Of a stretch of DNA of 64,000 nucleotides, positions 49,866 through 59,870 are shown in pieces. Each line of letters begins with the position of its first letter. Position 1 is the first letter of the stretch. The DNA lies in assembly GCA_000437595.1 (NCBI GenBank), contig FR899900.1, positions 133,729 to 197,728 on the forward strand, written 5' to 3'. The notes below the pieces were generated by a model. That model was not told the DNA's origin, searched no databases, and worked only from the letters and a program-made list of their open reading frames with translations. The position numbers were made by a program, and so were the translations under genes. Source of the DNA: Faecalibacterium sp. CAG:74. GTDB lineage: Bacteria; Bacillota; Clostridia; Christensenellales; Aristaeellaceae.

Positions 49866-51653
49866 GTGCGTTTTCCGCCTTCATGGCTGGATGAGCTCCG
49901 CGCGCGTGCGGACATCGTTCAGATCGTTGGGCAGTACGTCCAGCTCAAAAAGAATGGGCGCAAATACTGGGGGCTATGCCCCTTCCATGGAGAAAAAACC
50001 GCATCTTTCTCCGTGGATCCGGAAAAGCAGCTGTTCTACTGCTTCGGCTGCAAGGCGGGCGGCAGCGTCATCCATTTTGTGATGGAGATTGAACATCTGC
50101 CGTTTCCCGAAGCGGTGAAGCATCTGGCGGATCAGCTGCACATGCCGCTGCCGCAGATGGAGGCCGACCCGGATTATCAGCGGCGGCAGACGCAGCGCGA
50201 GCGACTGCTGGCGTGCAATCGGGATGCGGCGCACTTCTTCTACGAAACGCTCTTCACCCCCGCGGGGCAGCCGATGCTGGATTATTTGAAGCGCCGCGGC
50301 GTATCCGACGGCGTCATCCGCAAATTCGGTCTGGGCGCAGCGCCGAACAGCTGGGATGCTTTAACCCGCGCGATGCAGGCAAAGGGCTACACCACCGAAG
50401 AGCTGCAAATGGCTGGGCTGATTGTCATCAAAGATGCGGAGGAAGCGACGGCGGATCGCCCTGCGCGCTCGCGCCGCGCTTTTGACATGTTCCGCAACCG
50501 CGCGATTTTCCCCATCATCGACCAATACGGCAACGTCTTGGCGTTTGGCGGGCGCGCAATTGAGAACGTGCAGCCGAAGTACCTCAACACGTCCGACACC
50601 CCCATTTTCAACAAGCGTTTGGGCGTGTACGCGGCAAATCTTCTGCGCAAAGAGCGGCACTTGGAGCGTGTGGTGCTGGTCGAGGGGTACATGGACGTCG
50701 TTTCGCTGACGCAGTTCGGCGTGACCGGCGTCTGCGCGACACTCGGCACGGCGCTGACGAACGAACAGGCAAAGCTGCTCAAACGCTTTGCGCCGATGGT
50801 ATACTTGTCCTACGATGGCGACAGCGCGGGGCAGCACGCCATCCTGCGCGGTCTGGATATACTGGAGGCGGAAGGCATTCCGGCGCGCGTGCTGGATTTT
50901 CCTGACGGGCTTGACCCGGACGAATTCATCCGCCGCGACGGGAAAGAAGGCTTCGACAAGCTGCCTGCCCTGACGCCGCAAGCCTACCGGATGCGTCGGC
51001 TTCGCGCGGAACACGACCTGACCACGCAGGAGGGGCGAACCGCCTACGCGAAGGCGTGCGCCGCGATCCTGCGGAACTTGGAGCCGGTGGAGATGGAGAA
51101 CGCCCTGCAGGAGCTCATCGTGCAGACGGGCTTCAGCCGCGATGTGCTGATTGCGCAAATCGGCATGACGCCGCCGAAGGACATCACTTCTGCGCCTCCC
51201 CTGCCCGCGCGAATCGCTCGTCCGCCTGCGACGCCTGTCCCGGAGCCGGAAAACGCCGACGAGGATGTACGCGCGGAGGAGCTGCTGCTTTCGCTGATTG
51301 CCACGTCGCGTCTGCCGGAAGATTTAGCGCAGGAGGACGACTTCCGCGACCCGCTGCTCAAGGAGCTGTTTCTGCAGCTGCAAAGCGGTGTGTCCGCCGC
51401 GTCACTGGTGGAAAGCCAGAGCGACGAGGTGGTGCGCGCCCGCGTCAGTCATCTGCTGATGGCGCAGAGCGGCGAAAGCACGGATCAAATGCTGCAAATG
51501 GCGCACGACTGCCTATCGCGGATGCGCTTGAAACGAGCGCGCGCGCAGTATGACGAGATTATGAAGCGCATCAAAACGCTCTCCGGCGCAGAAAAAATGC
51601 AGGCGCTGGATGAAGCAAAGCAGCTGACTGCCACCATCAACCGACTGAAATAA
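49866..51653 (+). CDS. dnaG: DNA primase
   Basis: Zinc ribbon (CPFHGEKTASFSV..CFGC), TOPRIM domain (EGYMDV), and C-terminal helicase-interaction domain. The start is uncertain: a GTG at 49866 about 11 nt after GGAGG was chosen, and the 49812 GTG is less likely. Confidence 0.85.
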   Translation: MRFPPSWLDELRARADIVQIVGQYVQLKKNGRKYWGLCPFHGEKTASFSVDPEKQLFYCFGCKAGGSVIHFVMEIEHLPFPEAVKHLADQLHMPLPQMEADPDYQRRQTQRERLLACNRDAAHFFYETLFTPAGQPMLDYLKRRGVSDGVIRKFGLGAAPNSWDALTRAMQAKGYTTEELQMAGLIVIKDAEEATADRPARSRRAFDMFRNRAIFPIIDQYGNVLAFGGRAIENVQPKYLNTSDTPIFNKRLGVYAANLLRKERHLERVVLVEGYMDVVSLTQFGVTGVCATLGTALTNEQAKLLKRFAPMVYLSYDGDSAGQHAILRGLDILEAEGIPARVLDFPDGLDPDEFIRRDGKEGFDKLPALTPQAYRMRRLRAEHDLTTQEGRTAYAKACAAILRNLEPVEMENALQELIVQTGFSRDVLIAQIGMTPPKDITSAPPLPARIARPPATPVPEPENADEDVRAEELLLSLIATSRLPEDLAQEDDFRDPLLKELFLQLQSGVSAASLVESQSDEVVRARVSHLLMAQSGESTDQMLQMAHDCLSRMRLKRARAQYDEIMKRIKTLSGAEKMQALDEAKQLTATINRLK

Positions 51654-51734
51654 TGCAGTCGTTATGGAAATTGCAATTTGTTTATCGCTACCGAGCCGGA
51701 AAACCCGGCTGTATCACAAGAAGGAGAGTTCAAC

Positions 51735-52850
51735 TTGACGCTTTCGCAGAATGGCCGTCCGTCACCGCTTGACGAACTGTACGAATACGCAAAAAACAAA
51801 GGCACGATCACTTATCAGGAAGTGACCGATCGTCTGGGCAATACTTTTTTTGAGGCCGATCAGCTGGAGAAGGTGCTGGACAAGCTGGAGAGTCTGGGCG
51901 TGACCGTGGTGGATTCCGCGGAAATCCCGGATACATCCCCCGCTGCCATGGAAGTGCCCGATCCCGCGCTGAACGACGACCTGAGCGAAGCTGATGTCAT
52001 TTCCGCCGACGACCCGGTGCGCATGTATCTGAAGGAAATCGGGCGCATTCCGCTGCTAACGAGCGAAGCGGAAATTGAAGTTGCCAAGCAGCTGGAAAGC
52101 GACGACCCCGCCATCCGCAACGAGGCGAAACGCCGCCTGAGCGAAGCGAACCTGCGCCTTGTCGTGTCGATTGCCAAGAAGTACGTTGGGCGCAGCAAGA
52201 ACTCCATGAGCCTGCTCGACCTGATTCAGGAGGGCAACCTCGGGCTGATGAAGGCCGTGGAGAAGTTCGACTACACCAAGGGCTTCAAGTTCTCCACCTA
52301 CGCGACGTGGTGGATTCGGCAGGCTATCACCCGCTCGATTGCCGATCAGGCGCGTACCATCCGCATCCCCGTGCACATGGTGGAAACAATTAACCGCATC
52401 GTGCGCGTGAACCGCCAGCTTCAGCAGAAGCTGGGGCGTGAGCCGCGCCCGGAGGAAATCGCAAAGGAACTGGGCATCAGCGTGAGCAAGGTGCAGGAAA
52501 TCATCAAGATTGCGCAGGAGCCGGTGTCGCTCGAATCCCCGATTGGCGAGGAGGAGGACAGCCACCTCGGCGACTTCCTCGAAGACGACAAGACGCCGCC
52601 GCCCTCCCAGATTGTGGCGGAAAGCATGATGAAGCAGACGCTTTCCGATGTGCTGCACATGCTGACGCCGCGCGAAGAGCAGGTCATTCGGATGCGCTAC
52701 GGGCTGGATGACGGTCAGCAGCGTACGCTGGAGGAAGTTGGCAAGGCGTTCAACGTCACCCGCGAGCGCATCCGCCAAATTGAGGTGAAGGCGCTGCGCA
52801 AGATTAAGCGCCCGAACATGTCCAAGAATCTGGTGGACTACATGGATTGA
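51735..52850 (+). CDS. RNA polymerase sigma factor, group 1-like (RpoD family) diverged paralog
   Basis: Complete regions 1.2, 2.1-2.4, 3 and 4.2 ([63 protein letters not shown]). It has an SKNSMS insertion in region 2.1 and a divergent C-terminal tail. Proposed TTG start at 51735 after AAGGAGAG. Confidence 0.85.
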   Translation: MTLSQNGRPSPLDELYEYAKNKGTITYQEVTDRLGNTFFEADQLEKVLDKLESLGVTVVDSAEIPDTSPAAMEVPDPALNDDLSEADVISADDPVRMYLKEIGRIPLLTSEAEIEVAKQLESDDPAIRNEAKRRLSEANLRLVVSIAKKYVGRSKNSMSLLDLIQEGNLGLMKAVEKFDYTKGFKFSTYATWWIRQAITRSIADQARTIRIPVHMVETINRIVRVNRQLQQKLGREPRPEEIAKELGISVSKVQEIIKIAQEPVSLESPIGEEEDSHLGDFLEDDKTPPPSQIVAESMMKQTLSDVLHMLTPREEQVIRMRYGLDDGQQRTLEEVGKAFNVTRERIRQIEVKALRKIKRPNMSKNLVDYMD

Positions 52851-52885
52851 TGATTCCCTGTTGGGCTGAAGGGAGTGGATTCCGC

Positions 52886-53986
52886 TTGACACAAACCCCG
52901 GATGGCCGCCAAAAGCGGCTTGATGACCTCTATGAATACGGCAAGAAGAAGGGCACGCTGACCTACAAGGAGATTATGGAACGCCTGATGGATCTCTACA
53001 TCGAGCCGGATCAGCTGGACAAGGTGCTGGAGAATCTCGAAGCGCTCGGCGTGACCGTCATCAATGAAAACGACCCGCAGCCCGCGCAGTCCAGCGAGGA
53101 CACCCCCCTTGACACGATTAACCTGTCCGTCCCCGACGGTGTGAGTTCCGACGACCCTGTCCGCCTGTATTTGAAAGAAATCGGCAAATATCCCCTGCTG
53201 ACCACCGAGGAAGAAATTGCGCTGGCAAAGCAGATTGCGGAAGGCACGCCAGAGGAGCAAGCAGCGGCAAAAAAGAAGCTCAGTGAAGCGAACCTGCGCC
53301 TTGTGGTGTCCATCGCCAAGCGCTATGTCGGGCGCGGAATGCAGTTTCTTGACCTGATTCAGGAGGGCAACCTCGGCTTAATCAAAGCGGCAGAGAAATT
53401 CGACTACACCAAGGGCTACAAGTTTTCTACCTACGCGACGTGGTGGGTTCGGCAGGCGATTACCCGCGCCATCGCCGATCAGGCGCGCACGATTCGCATT
53501 CCCGTGCACATGGTGGAGACCATCAACAAACTGATTCGCGTCAATCGTCAGCTGGCGCAGGAGCTGGGGCGCGACCCCACACCCGCGGAAATCGCGAAGG
53601 AAATGGGCATCAGCGAGAGCAAAGTGCGCGAAATCATCAAGATTGCGCAGGAGCCGGTGTCGCTGGAAACCCCGATTGGCGAGGAAGAGGACAGCCATCT
53701 GGGCGACTTCATCGAGGATGAGAACGCGCCCGCGCCGGCGGAGGTGGCGTCCAACGCCATGATGCGCGAACAATTGCAGGAAGTGCTGCACACACTGACC
53801 CCGCGCGAGGAGAAGGTCATCCGCCTTCGTTTCGGGCTGGAGGATGGACAGGCGCACACGCTGGAGGAAGTTGGCAAGGAGTTCAACGTCACCCGCGAAC
53901 GCATCCGGCAGATTGAAGCAAAGGCACTGCGCAAGATTCGCCACCCCGGCCGTTCCAAGAAACTGCGCGACTACTATACGGAATAA
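52886..53986 (+). CDS. sigA: RNA polymerase sigma factor RpoD/SigA (principal sigma)
   Basis: It is closer to canonical Firmicute SigA than the upstream copy ([48 protein letters not shown]). Proposed TTG start at 52886 after GAAGGGAG. Confidence 0.85.
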   Translation: MTQTPDGRQKRLDDLYEYGKKKGTLTYKEIMERLMDLYIEPDQLDKVLENLEALGVTVINENDPQPAQSSEDTPLDTINLSVPDGVSSDDPVRLYLKEIGKYPLLTTEEEIALAKQIAEGTPEEQAAAKKKLSEANLRLVVSIAKRYVGRGMQFLDLIQEGNLGLIKAAEKFDYTKGYKFSTYATWWVRQAITRAIADQARTIRIPVHMVETINKLIRVNRQLAQELGRDPTPAEIAKEMGISESKVREIIKIAQEPVSLETPIGEEEDSHLGDFIEDENAPAPAEVASNAMMREQLQEVLHTLTPREEKVIRLRFGLEDGQAHTLEEVGKEFNVTRERIRQIEAKALRKIRHPGRSKKLRDYYTE

Positions 53987-54038
53987 CATTTGCGGCTCTG
54001 TCCACTAATTGGCGGCAGGGCCGTTTTTGGGAGGCGTT

Positions 54039-54734
54039 ATGCTCGACGAAAGACTATCCCTCGCCGCGCAGCTGTACGAGCCGTGTGCGCTGGGCGCGGA
54101 TATCGGCACAGATCACGCGCTGCTCCCCTGCTATCTGCTGACGCACAACATTTGCCAAGAGATGGTTCTGGCAGATGTCAGCCCGAAGGCGCTTCTCCAC
54201 GCGGAAGAAAGTGTCCGCCGCCATCATTTGGAGAAGCGCGCGCATGTGCGGCTCGCCGACGGGCTGGATGCGCTGACCGAACCTTGCGGGTGTGTGTCAA
54301 TGATGGGCATGGGCGGCGAAACCATCCGCACAGTGCTGCTTAGCGGCGCAGAGAAGCTCTGCGGAGCGGTACTGGTGCTTTCCTCGCATACGGAGCAGCC
54401 GCTCGTCCGCCGGACATTGCCTGAAATCGGCTACCACATCGTGCAGGAGAAACTCTGCCAAGCGGCGGGGCGCTTTTACATCTTCTGGCGCGCCGAACCG
54501 GGGCAGGCGGACGACTGGACGGCGGAGGAAGTGCACTACGGGCGCTTGCTGTGGGTGCAGAATTCGCCGAAAATGCTGCTGGACTACTGCCGCTACCGCA
54601 TCAAGGTGATGGACGACCGCCTGACCGGGCTGGCATCCGCAGTGGGTGACGTAAGCCAGATTCGCGGCGAAATTTCGGCGGAAATCGACTTTTATCAACG
54701 GAAAATCACGGAATTGGAGGGTGCATTATGCTGA
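54039..54734 (+). CDS. trmK: tRNA (adenine22-N1)-methyltransferase
   Basis: YqfN/TrmK family, in the conserved sigA-trmK-nif3 order. The start was trimmed to ATG 54039 after GGGAGG. Confidence 0.75.
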   Translation: MLDERLSLAAQLYEPCALGADIGTDHALLPCYLLTHNICQEMVLADVSPKALLHAEESVRRHHLEKRAHVRLADGLDALTEPCGCVSMMGMGGETIRTVLLSGAEKLCGAVLVLSSHTEQPLVRRTLPEIGYHIVQEKLCQAAGRFYIFWRAEPGQADDWTAEEVHYGRLLWVQNSPKMLLDYCRYRIKVMDDRLTGLASAVGDVSQIRGEISAEIDFYQRKITELEGALC

Positions 54735-55486
54735 CGGTACAGCGGGTTTACGAGCTGATTGACGCGCTTGCGCCGTTTGACACACAGGCGGATTTCGACA
54801 ATTCCGGCTTGCTGGTGGGCAATCCACAGGCGGAAGTGACAGGCATCCACCTTGCGCTGGATGTGACCGACCGCGTGATTGACGATGCGCTGGCAGCGGG
54901 CGCGAACCTGATTGTGACGCATCATCCTCTGATGTTTTCCGCCCGGAAGCGCCTGACTGAGGCGGATTACGAGGGGCATCTGCTGATTCGGCTGATTGCA
55001 AACGGCTTATCGCTGATTGCCGCGCACACGAACTTCGACCAAGCATCCGGCGGCATGAACGACACGCTGGCGGGACTGCTGGGGCTGGAGAACATCGTCG
55101 GCGAGGGATTCCTGCGCGTGGGAGATTTATCCGCACCGATGACTGCGGAAGCATTCGCGGATTTTGCCGCGCGGCAGTTAGGCGACACAGTGCGCGTGAT
55201 GGGGCATCGGGAGGCGCTCATCCACCGCGTCGGCCTCTGCTCCGGCGGCGGGTGCGACGAGTGGGCAGATGCGCACGCCATGGGCGCGGATGCTTTCCTC
55301 ACAGGCGAGGTGAAGCACCACATTGCGCTGGATGCATCCTACCACGGCGTGGTGCTGTTGGAGGCGGGACACTTTGCCACGGAAAATCCCGGTATTTTTG
55401 CGCTCATGAAGGCTTTACAAAACGCGCCGGATATAGTACAATGGAAAATGCACATTTCGCGCTCCGAACGCAGCGCGTATGAGTGA
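54728..55486 (+). CDS. Nif3-like dinuclear metal center protein (YqfO)
   Basis: NIF3 family (LIVTHHPLMF, IAAHTNFD). Its start overlaps the trmK stop. Confidence 0.85.
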   Translation: MLTVQRVYELIDALAPFDTQADFDNSGLLVGNPQAEVTGIHLALDVTDRVIDDALAAGANLIVTHHPLMFSARKRLTEADYEGHLLIRLIANGLSLIAAHTNFDQASGGMNDTLAGLLGLENIVGEGFLRVGDLSAPMTAEAFADFAARQLGDTVRVMGHREALIHRVGLCSGGGCDEWADAHAMGADAFLTGEVKHHIALDASYHGVVLLEAGHFATENPGIFALMKALQNAPDIVQWKMHISRSERSAYE

Positions 55487-55522
55487 CCGTCCGTGCCCTC
55501 CGGCACGCTGTTTATCAAGGAG

Positions 55523-56236
55523 GTACTTATGGACCAGCTTGCTATGTTATGGCAGTATCAAGTGGAAGACCGCAAGGCTGACAAGCTCGAACAGGAGTTG
55601 AGCCGCAGTCCGCTGCGCCAGAAGATGAATACCTGCCGCACGCAGTTCAACGCCAAGCAGAAGCAGTACAAGCAGATGGAAGAGCAGGTGGCGATTCTCT
55701 CTGACCGCAAGGATGCCATCCGCGATGCCATCACCCGCTGCGAAGAACAGCTGCGCCACCTGCAAAGCCGCTTCGAGCAGAATCCTCCGACCGAATTGGA
55801 TGATACGAAAGCGCTGCTGAGCGAAGTGAACCGCTTTCTGGAGACGATTGGCAGCTATGAGCAGGAAATGAAGCGCATGGCAAAGGATGCCAACGATTAC
55901 GATCAGAAGGAACGCAGCCTGCGCCGCGATGCCATTAAGCTGAAGGAAGAATTTGATAATCTCAAGAAGCAGTACGACAAGGAATCACCGGAAAAGGAAG
56001 CTGCCCTGAAGGCACAGAAGGCCATCGTCGCAAAGAAGGGCGAGGGCATTTCGCCGGAGCTGCTGGCACGCTATCACGAGATTAAGAAGCGCATCACGCC
56101 GCCGCTCGCTCGGCTGATTAACAACCAGTGCAGCGGATGCAATATGTCGCTGCCGTCGGCAGTGCTGAGCCGCGTCACGTCTGCCAACGGCGAGATTGTG
56201 GAGTGCGAAAGCTGCGGGCGTCTGCTGATTCCCTGA
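55523..56236 (+). CDS. zinc-ribbon/coiled-coil protein (COG1579, DUF164)
   Basis: Long coiled-coil region followed by C-terminal CSGCNMSL...CESCGRLL. It typically follows nif3. The start was trimmed to MDQLAML after AAGGAGGTACTT. Confidence 0.75.
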   Translation, partial: VLMDQLAMLWQYQVEDRKADKLEQELSRSPLRQKMNTCRTQFNAKQKQYKQMEEQVAILSDRKDAIRDAITRCEEQLRHLQSRFEQNPPTELDDTKALLSEVNRFLETIGSYEQEMKRMAKDANDYDQKERSLRRDAIKLKEEFDNLKKQYDKESPEKEAALKAQKAIVAKKGEGISPELLARYHEIKKRITPPLARLINNQCSGCNMSLPSAVLSRVTSANGEIVECESCGRLLIP

Positions 56237-56252
56237 TTCTGCCGCATATGAA

Positions 56253-56294
56253 AAAGACCACGCATGACCGATTTTCGGTGCGTGGTCTTTTTCG
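56253..56294 (+). terminator. rho-independent terminator ending the dnaG-sigA-trmK-nif3 operon
   Basis: AAGACCACGCATGACCGATTTTCGGTGCGTGGTCTT hairpin followed by TTTTCG. Confidence 0.75.
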
Positions 56295-56380
56295 TATGTG
56301 CGATTTTACGGTACATCCTTGCAGACATGCACCCAGCCAAGCGCGCCGGAATAGCGCTCCAGTTCCGGCAGTGTCATCTC

Positions 56381-56541
56381 ATACTATTTCCAAATGAGAA
56401 TGCGCCAAGATGCGAAGCGAATTTTTCGCGCTGGCTAACGCGAATGAAACGCAGCGTAGCAGCGCTACGCTAAGTGGAATGAGCGGACGCAAGCGCGGAA
56501 AAGGCGCGAGCAGATGGCGCAGGTGAATTTGGAAATAGTAT
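56381..56541. repeat. perfect 15-bp inverted repeat (ATACTATTTCCAAAT / ATTTGGAAATAGTAT) flanking a 131-bp GC-rich segment with an internal 8-bp stem-loop
   Basis: The repeat arms are at 56381-56395 and 56527-56541. The AGCGTAGCAGCGCTACGCT hairpin sits inside. The right arm lies inside the annotated 3' end of the ybaK ORF. Confidence 0.5.
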
Positions 56542-56938
56542 CAATGGCGCTGTTGCTGCTGCCGCACGCGGGGAACACCGTCTCAAAGCGGCGCAGAGAA
56601 TCATCCAGATAGACCTCAACGCCCTCGTTGACTGCGAACGGGCAGACACCGCCGACGGCATGGCCAATTTTCTCCGGCACTTCCTCCGCTGCGAGCATCT
56701 TTGCCTTCACACCGAAACGCTCCTTGAAGCGGTGGTTGTCGATTTTGCCATCCCCCGCCGCAACAACCAGAATCGGCTGCTCCTTGCCCTGAAACGAGAG
56801 CGTTTTCGCAATGCGCCCCGGCCCACAGCCCAGCGCCTGTGCCGCCAAAGCAACCGTTGCGCTGGATTCATCGAGTTCGCGGATGCGGTCGGCAATCCCC
56901 TGCGCGGCGAATGCTGCGCGTACCTTTTCGATTGACAT
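56465..56938 (-). CDS. ybaK: YbaK/EbsC family aminoacyl-tRNA deacylase (Cys-tRNA(Pro)/prolyl editing domain)
   Basis: YbaK domain (ATVALAAQALGCGPGRIAKTLSF...VGGVCPF). The C-terminal 25 aa are low-complexity and read through the inverted repeat, so the true 3' end is uncertain. Confidence 0.7.
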   Translation of the reverse strand: MSIEKVRAAFAAQGIADRIRELDESSATVALAAQALGCGPGRIAKTLSFQGKEQPILVVAAGDGKIDNHRFKERFGVKAKMLAAEEVPEKIGHAVGGVCPFAVNEGVEVYLDDSLRRFETVFPACGSSNSAIDTISKFTCAICSRLFRACVRSFHLA

Positions 56939-56962
56939 GAATTGTGTAATTCCTTCCTGCCA

Positions 56963-58396
56963 TTATGCATCCAGCGCCGCGTCCATCAGCTTTTGCAGCA
57001 CCACCGGGTTCGCCTTGCCGCCGGAAAGCCCCATTGCCACGCCCATCAGCGCGTTTTTCAGCGTCAGCTTTCCCTTGCGGTAGCCCGCGACCATCTCCGG
57101 GTGCGTGTCGATGGCTTTGCGGACGTACTCTGTCAACACCGCTTCATCGCTGATTTGCATCAGTCCCATGCGGGTGACGTATTCCTCCGGGTCTTCGGGC
57201 GTGTTCCAGAGCGCGTCTATCGTCTTTTTCGCTGTGCCGACGCTGATAAGGCTCTGCTCAGTCATGTCCGCAATCTTCGCCAGGGACGCCGGGTTCAGCG
57301 GGATTTTCGCATCCTCGCCATCCAGCAGGCGGAACACTTCGCTGATCATCAGGTTCGCCAGCATTTTGACCGCCGCGGTGGACTGCGCCGCCGTCTCGAA
57401 GTAGTCCGCCAGATATTTGCTGGAGACCAGCTGCTCCGCCGCGTACGCCGTCAGCCCGTAATCCGCCATGTACGCCGCCTTGCGCACATCCGGCAGCTGC
57501 GGCAGCTCCTTGCGCCATCCGGCAATGACTTCGTCGCTCAGCACAATGGGCGCTAAATCCGGGTCGGGGAAATAGCGGTAGTCGTTGGCGTTCTCCTTGC
57601 GGCGCATGGAGAACGTTTTGCCCGTGGTCTGGTCGAAGCGGCGCGTCTCCTGCACAATCGCTTCGCCCTTCTTGACTGCCTCCACCTGCCGGCGGTATTC
57701 CTCCTCAATCGCGCGCTGAACGGACGTAAACGAGTTCAGGTTTTTCATTTCCGTGCGCGTGCCGAACGGTTCATCCTTTTTGTGGATGGAGAGGTTCACG
57801 TCACAGCGGAGCGAACCCTCCTGCATCCGGCAGTCACTCACACCCGTGTACTCGATGACTGCCTTCAGCTTGTGCAGGTACGCGACAGCCTCCTGCGGCG
57901 TGCGAATATCCGGCTCAGACACGATTTCAATCAGCGGAACGCCGCAGCGGTTGCAGTCGATGAGCGTCCCCTTCTCCGGGTCATGCACGAGCTTGCCCGC
58001 GTCCTCCTCGATGTGGATGCGCGTGATGCCGATGCGCTTCTCGCCCGCTTCCGTCTCCACCATCAAGTGCCCGCCGACGCACAGCGGCAGGTCATACTGG
58101 CTGATTTGGTACGCTTTGGGCAAATCAGGATAGAAATAATTCTTTCTGTCCTGCTTGGAGTAACGCGCAATCGTGCAGCCCGTCGCCAGCCCCGCCAGCA
58201 CCGCGTAATGCACCACCTGCCGATTGAGCACCGGCAGCGTGCCGGGAAAGCCCATACAGACCGGGCAGCACTGCGTGTTCGGCGCTGCGCCGAAGGTCGT
58301 CGGGCAGGCGCAGAAGATTTTGGTCTTCGTTTTCAGCTCCACATGAACCTCCAAGCCGATGACCATTTCATATCCGTCCATCATCTTCCAAGCCAT
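56963..58396 (-). CDS. gatB: Asp-tRNA(Asn)/Glu-tRNA(Gln) amidotransferase subunit B
   Basis: 477 aa. The N-terminus MIGLEVHVEL...CPVCMGFPG and a C-terminal YqeY-like domain. Confidence 0.95.
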   Translation of the reverse strand: MAWKMMDGYEMVIGLEVHVELKTKTKIFCACPTTFGAAPNTQCCPVCMGFPGTLPVLNRQVVHYAVLAGLATGCTIARYSKQDRKNYFYPDLPKAYQISQYDLPLCVGGHLMVETEAGEKRIGITRIHIEEDAGKLVHDPEKGTLIDCNRCGVPLIEIVSEPDIRTPQEAVAYLHKLKAVIEYTGVSDCRMQEGSLRCDVNLSIHKKDEPFGTRTEMKNLNSFTSVQRAIEEEYRRQVEAVKKGEAIVQETRRFDQTTGKTFSMRRKENANDYRYFPDPDLAPIVLSDEVIAGWRKELPQLPDVRKAAYMADYGLTAYAAEQLVSSKYLADYFETAAQSTAAVKMLANLMISEVFRLLDGEDAKIPLNPASLAKIADMTEQSLISVGTAKKTIDALWNTPEDPEEYVTRMGLMQISDEAVLTEYVRKAIDTHPEMVAGYRKGKLTLKNALMGVAMGLSGGKANPVVLQKLMDAALDA

Positions 58397-59856
58397 TACA
58401 GCGTCGCCTCCTTGCAGATTTCGCCCAGCGCCTCTTCCAGCGCATAGCCGACTCGGTAGAGCAGCGGTTCGGAGAAGGTCGCGCCCATCAGCTGCACGCC
58501 GACGGGCAGCCCCGCGCGGTCAAGCCCGCAAGGCAGCGACAAGCCCGGAATGCCCGCGATATTCACCGGGACGGTATCAATATCGCCGAGGTACATTTCC
58601 AGCGGCGACATCGTCTTTTCGCCAATTTTGTAGGCAGTCGTCGGCGCGACGGGCGAAAGCAGACAGTCAACGTCCTTCAGCACCGCGTTCAGTTCGCGGA
58701 TGACGAGCGTTCGCACCTGCAATGCCTTCTTGTAGTACGCATCGAAGTACCCGGCGGACAGCGTGTAAGTGCCCAGCAGAATCCGCCGCTTGACCTCCGC
58801 GCCGAAGCCCTCGCTGCGGCTCTTCAGGTACAATTCCTCCAAATCAGCATATTCCGCCGCACGATGCCCATAGCGAACACCGTCAAAACGCGCAAGGTTC
58901 GAGCTGGCTTCCGCCGAGGACAGGACGTAATACGCCGGAAGCGCGACCTTCAGCGACGGAATGCTGACTTCCTTCACCGTCGCGCCAAGGCGTTCGAGCG
59001 TCTTCGCGGCGTTCATGACGGCTTTGCGGACATCAGCGGACAAGCCCTCGCCGAACATCTCCTTCGGCAGACCAATGCGCAAGCCCTTCACGCCTGCTTT
59101 CATTTCGCGGTTCATGGGCGTATAGCCGCGTTTGATGGAGGTCGTGTCGCGGCAATCGTAGCCGGCAATCGCGTCCAGCACGAGCGCGTTGTCCGCAACG
59201 GTCTTCGTCATCGGGCCGATTTGATCCAGCGACGAGGCGAACGCGACCAGCCCATAGCGGCTGACCATACCGTACGTCGGCTTCATGCCGACAACGCCGC
59301 AGAATGCCGCAGGCTGGCGAATGGAGCCGCCGGTGTCGCTGCCGAGGGAGAACGGGGCTTCATCCGCCGCGACGCACGCCGCCGAACCGCCGGACGACCC
59401 GCCCGGCACGCGCGACAAATCACGCGGGTTATGCGTGGGGTGAAACGCGCTGTTTTCGGTGGATGAGCCCATGGCGAACTCATCCAGATTCGTCTTGCCG
59501 AGCAGGACGCAGCCCGCCGCCTGCAATTTCTCCCAGACCGTGGCGGAGTACGGCGATACGAAATCCGCCAGCATTTTGGACGCGCAGGTGGTTTTGCCGC
59601 CCTTGACGCAGATGTTGTCCTTCACGGCGACGGGAATGCCGCAAAGCGGCGACACCTTTTCGCCCTGCTGCCGCTTCTTGTCGCATTCATCCGCCTGCCG
59701 GAGCGCTTCTTCCTCGTTCAGGCTGATATACGCCTGTACCTTGCCCTCCACCTGATGGATGCGGTCGAGATACGCCTGCGTGACCTCGCGGGAGGTCAAA
59801 TCGCCGCGCTGCATGGCATCGGACAGCGCCAGCAGCGTCATTCGGGTAATTTTCAT
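58396..59856 (-). CDS. gatA: Asp-tRNA(Asn)/Glu-tRNA(Gln) amidotransferase subunit A
   Basis: Amidase signature GGSSGGSAA and Ser-cisSer-Lys triad context, at 486 aa. Its stop overlaps the gatB start by 1 nt. Confidence 0.95.
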   Translation of the reverse strand: MKITRMTLLALSDAMQRGDLTSREVTQAYLDRIHQVEGKVQAYISLNEEEALRQADECDKKRQQGEKVSPLCGIPVAVKDNICVKGGKTTCASKMLADFVSPYSATVWEKLQAAGCVLLGKTNLDEFAMGSSTENSAFHPTHNPRDLSRVPGGSSGGSAACVAADEAPFSLGSDTGGSIRQPAAFCGVVGMKPTYGMVSRYGLVAFASSLDQIGPMTKTVADNALVLDAIAGYDCRDTTSIKRGYTPMNREMKAGVKGLRIGLPKEMFGEGLSADVRKAVMNAAKTLERLGATVKEVSIPSLKVALPAYYVLSSAEASSNLARFDGVRYGHRAAEYADLEELYLKSRSEGFGAEVKRRILLGTYTLSAGYFDAYYKKALQVRTLVIRELNAVLKDVDCLLSPVAPTTAYKIGEKTMSPLEMYLGDIDTVPVNIAGIPGLSLPCGLDRAGLPVGVQLMGATFSEPLLYRVGYALEEALGEICKEATL

Positions 59857-59870
59857 GCCTGATTCCTCCC

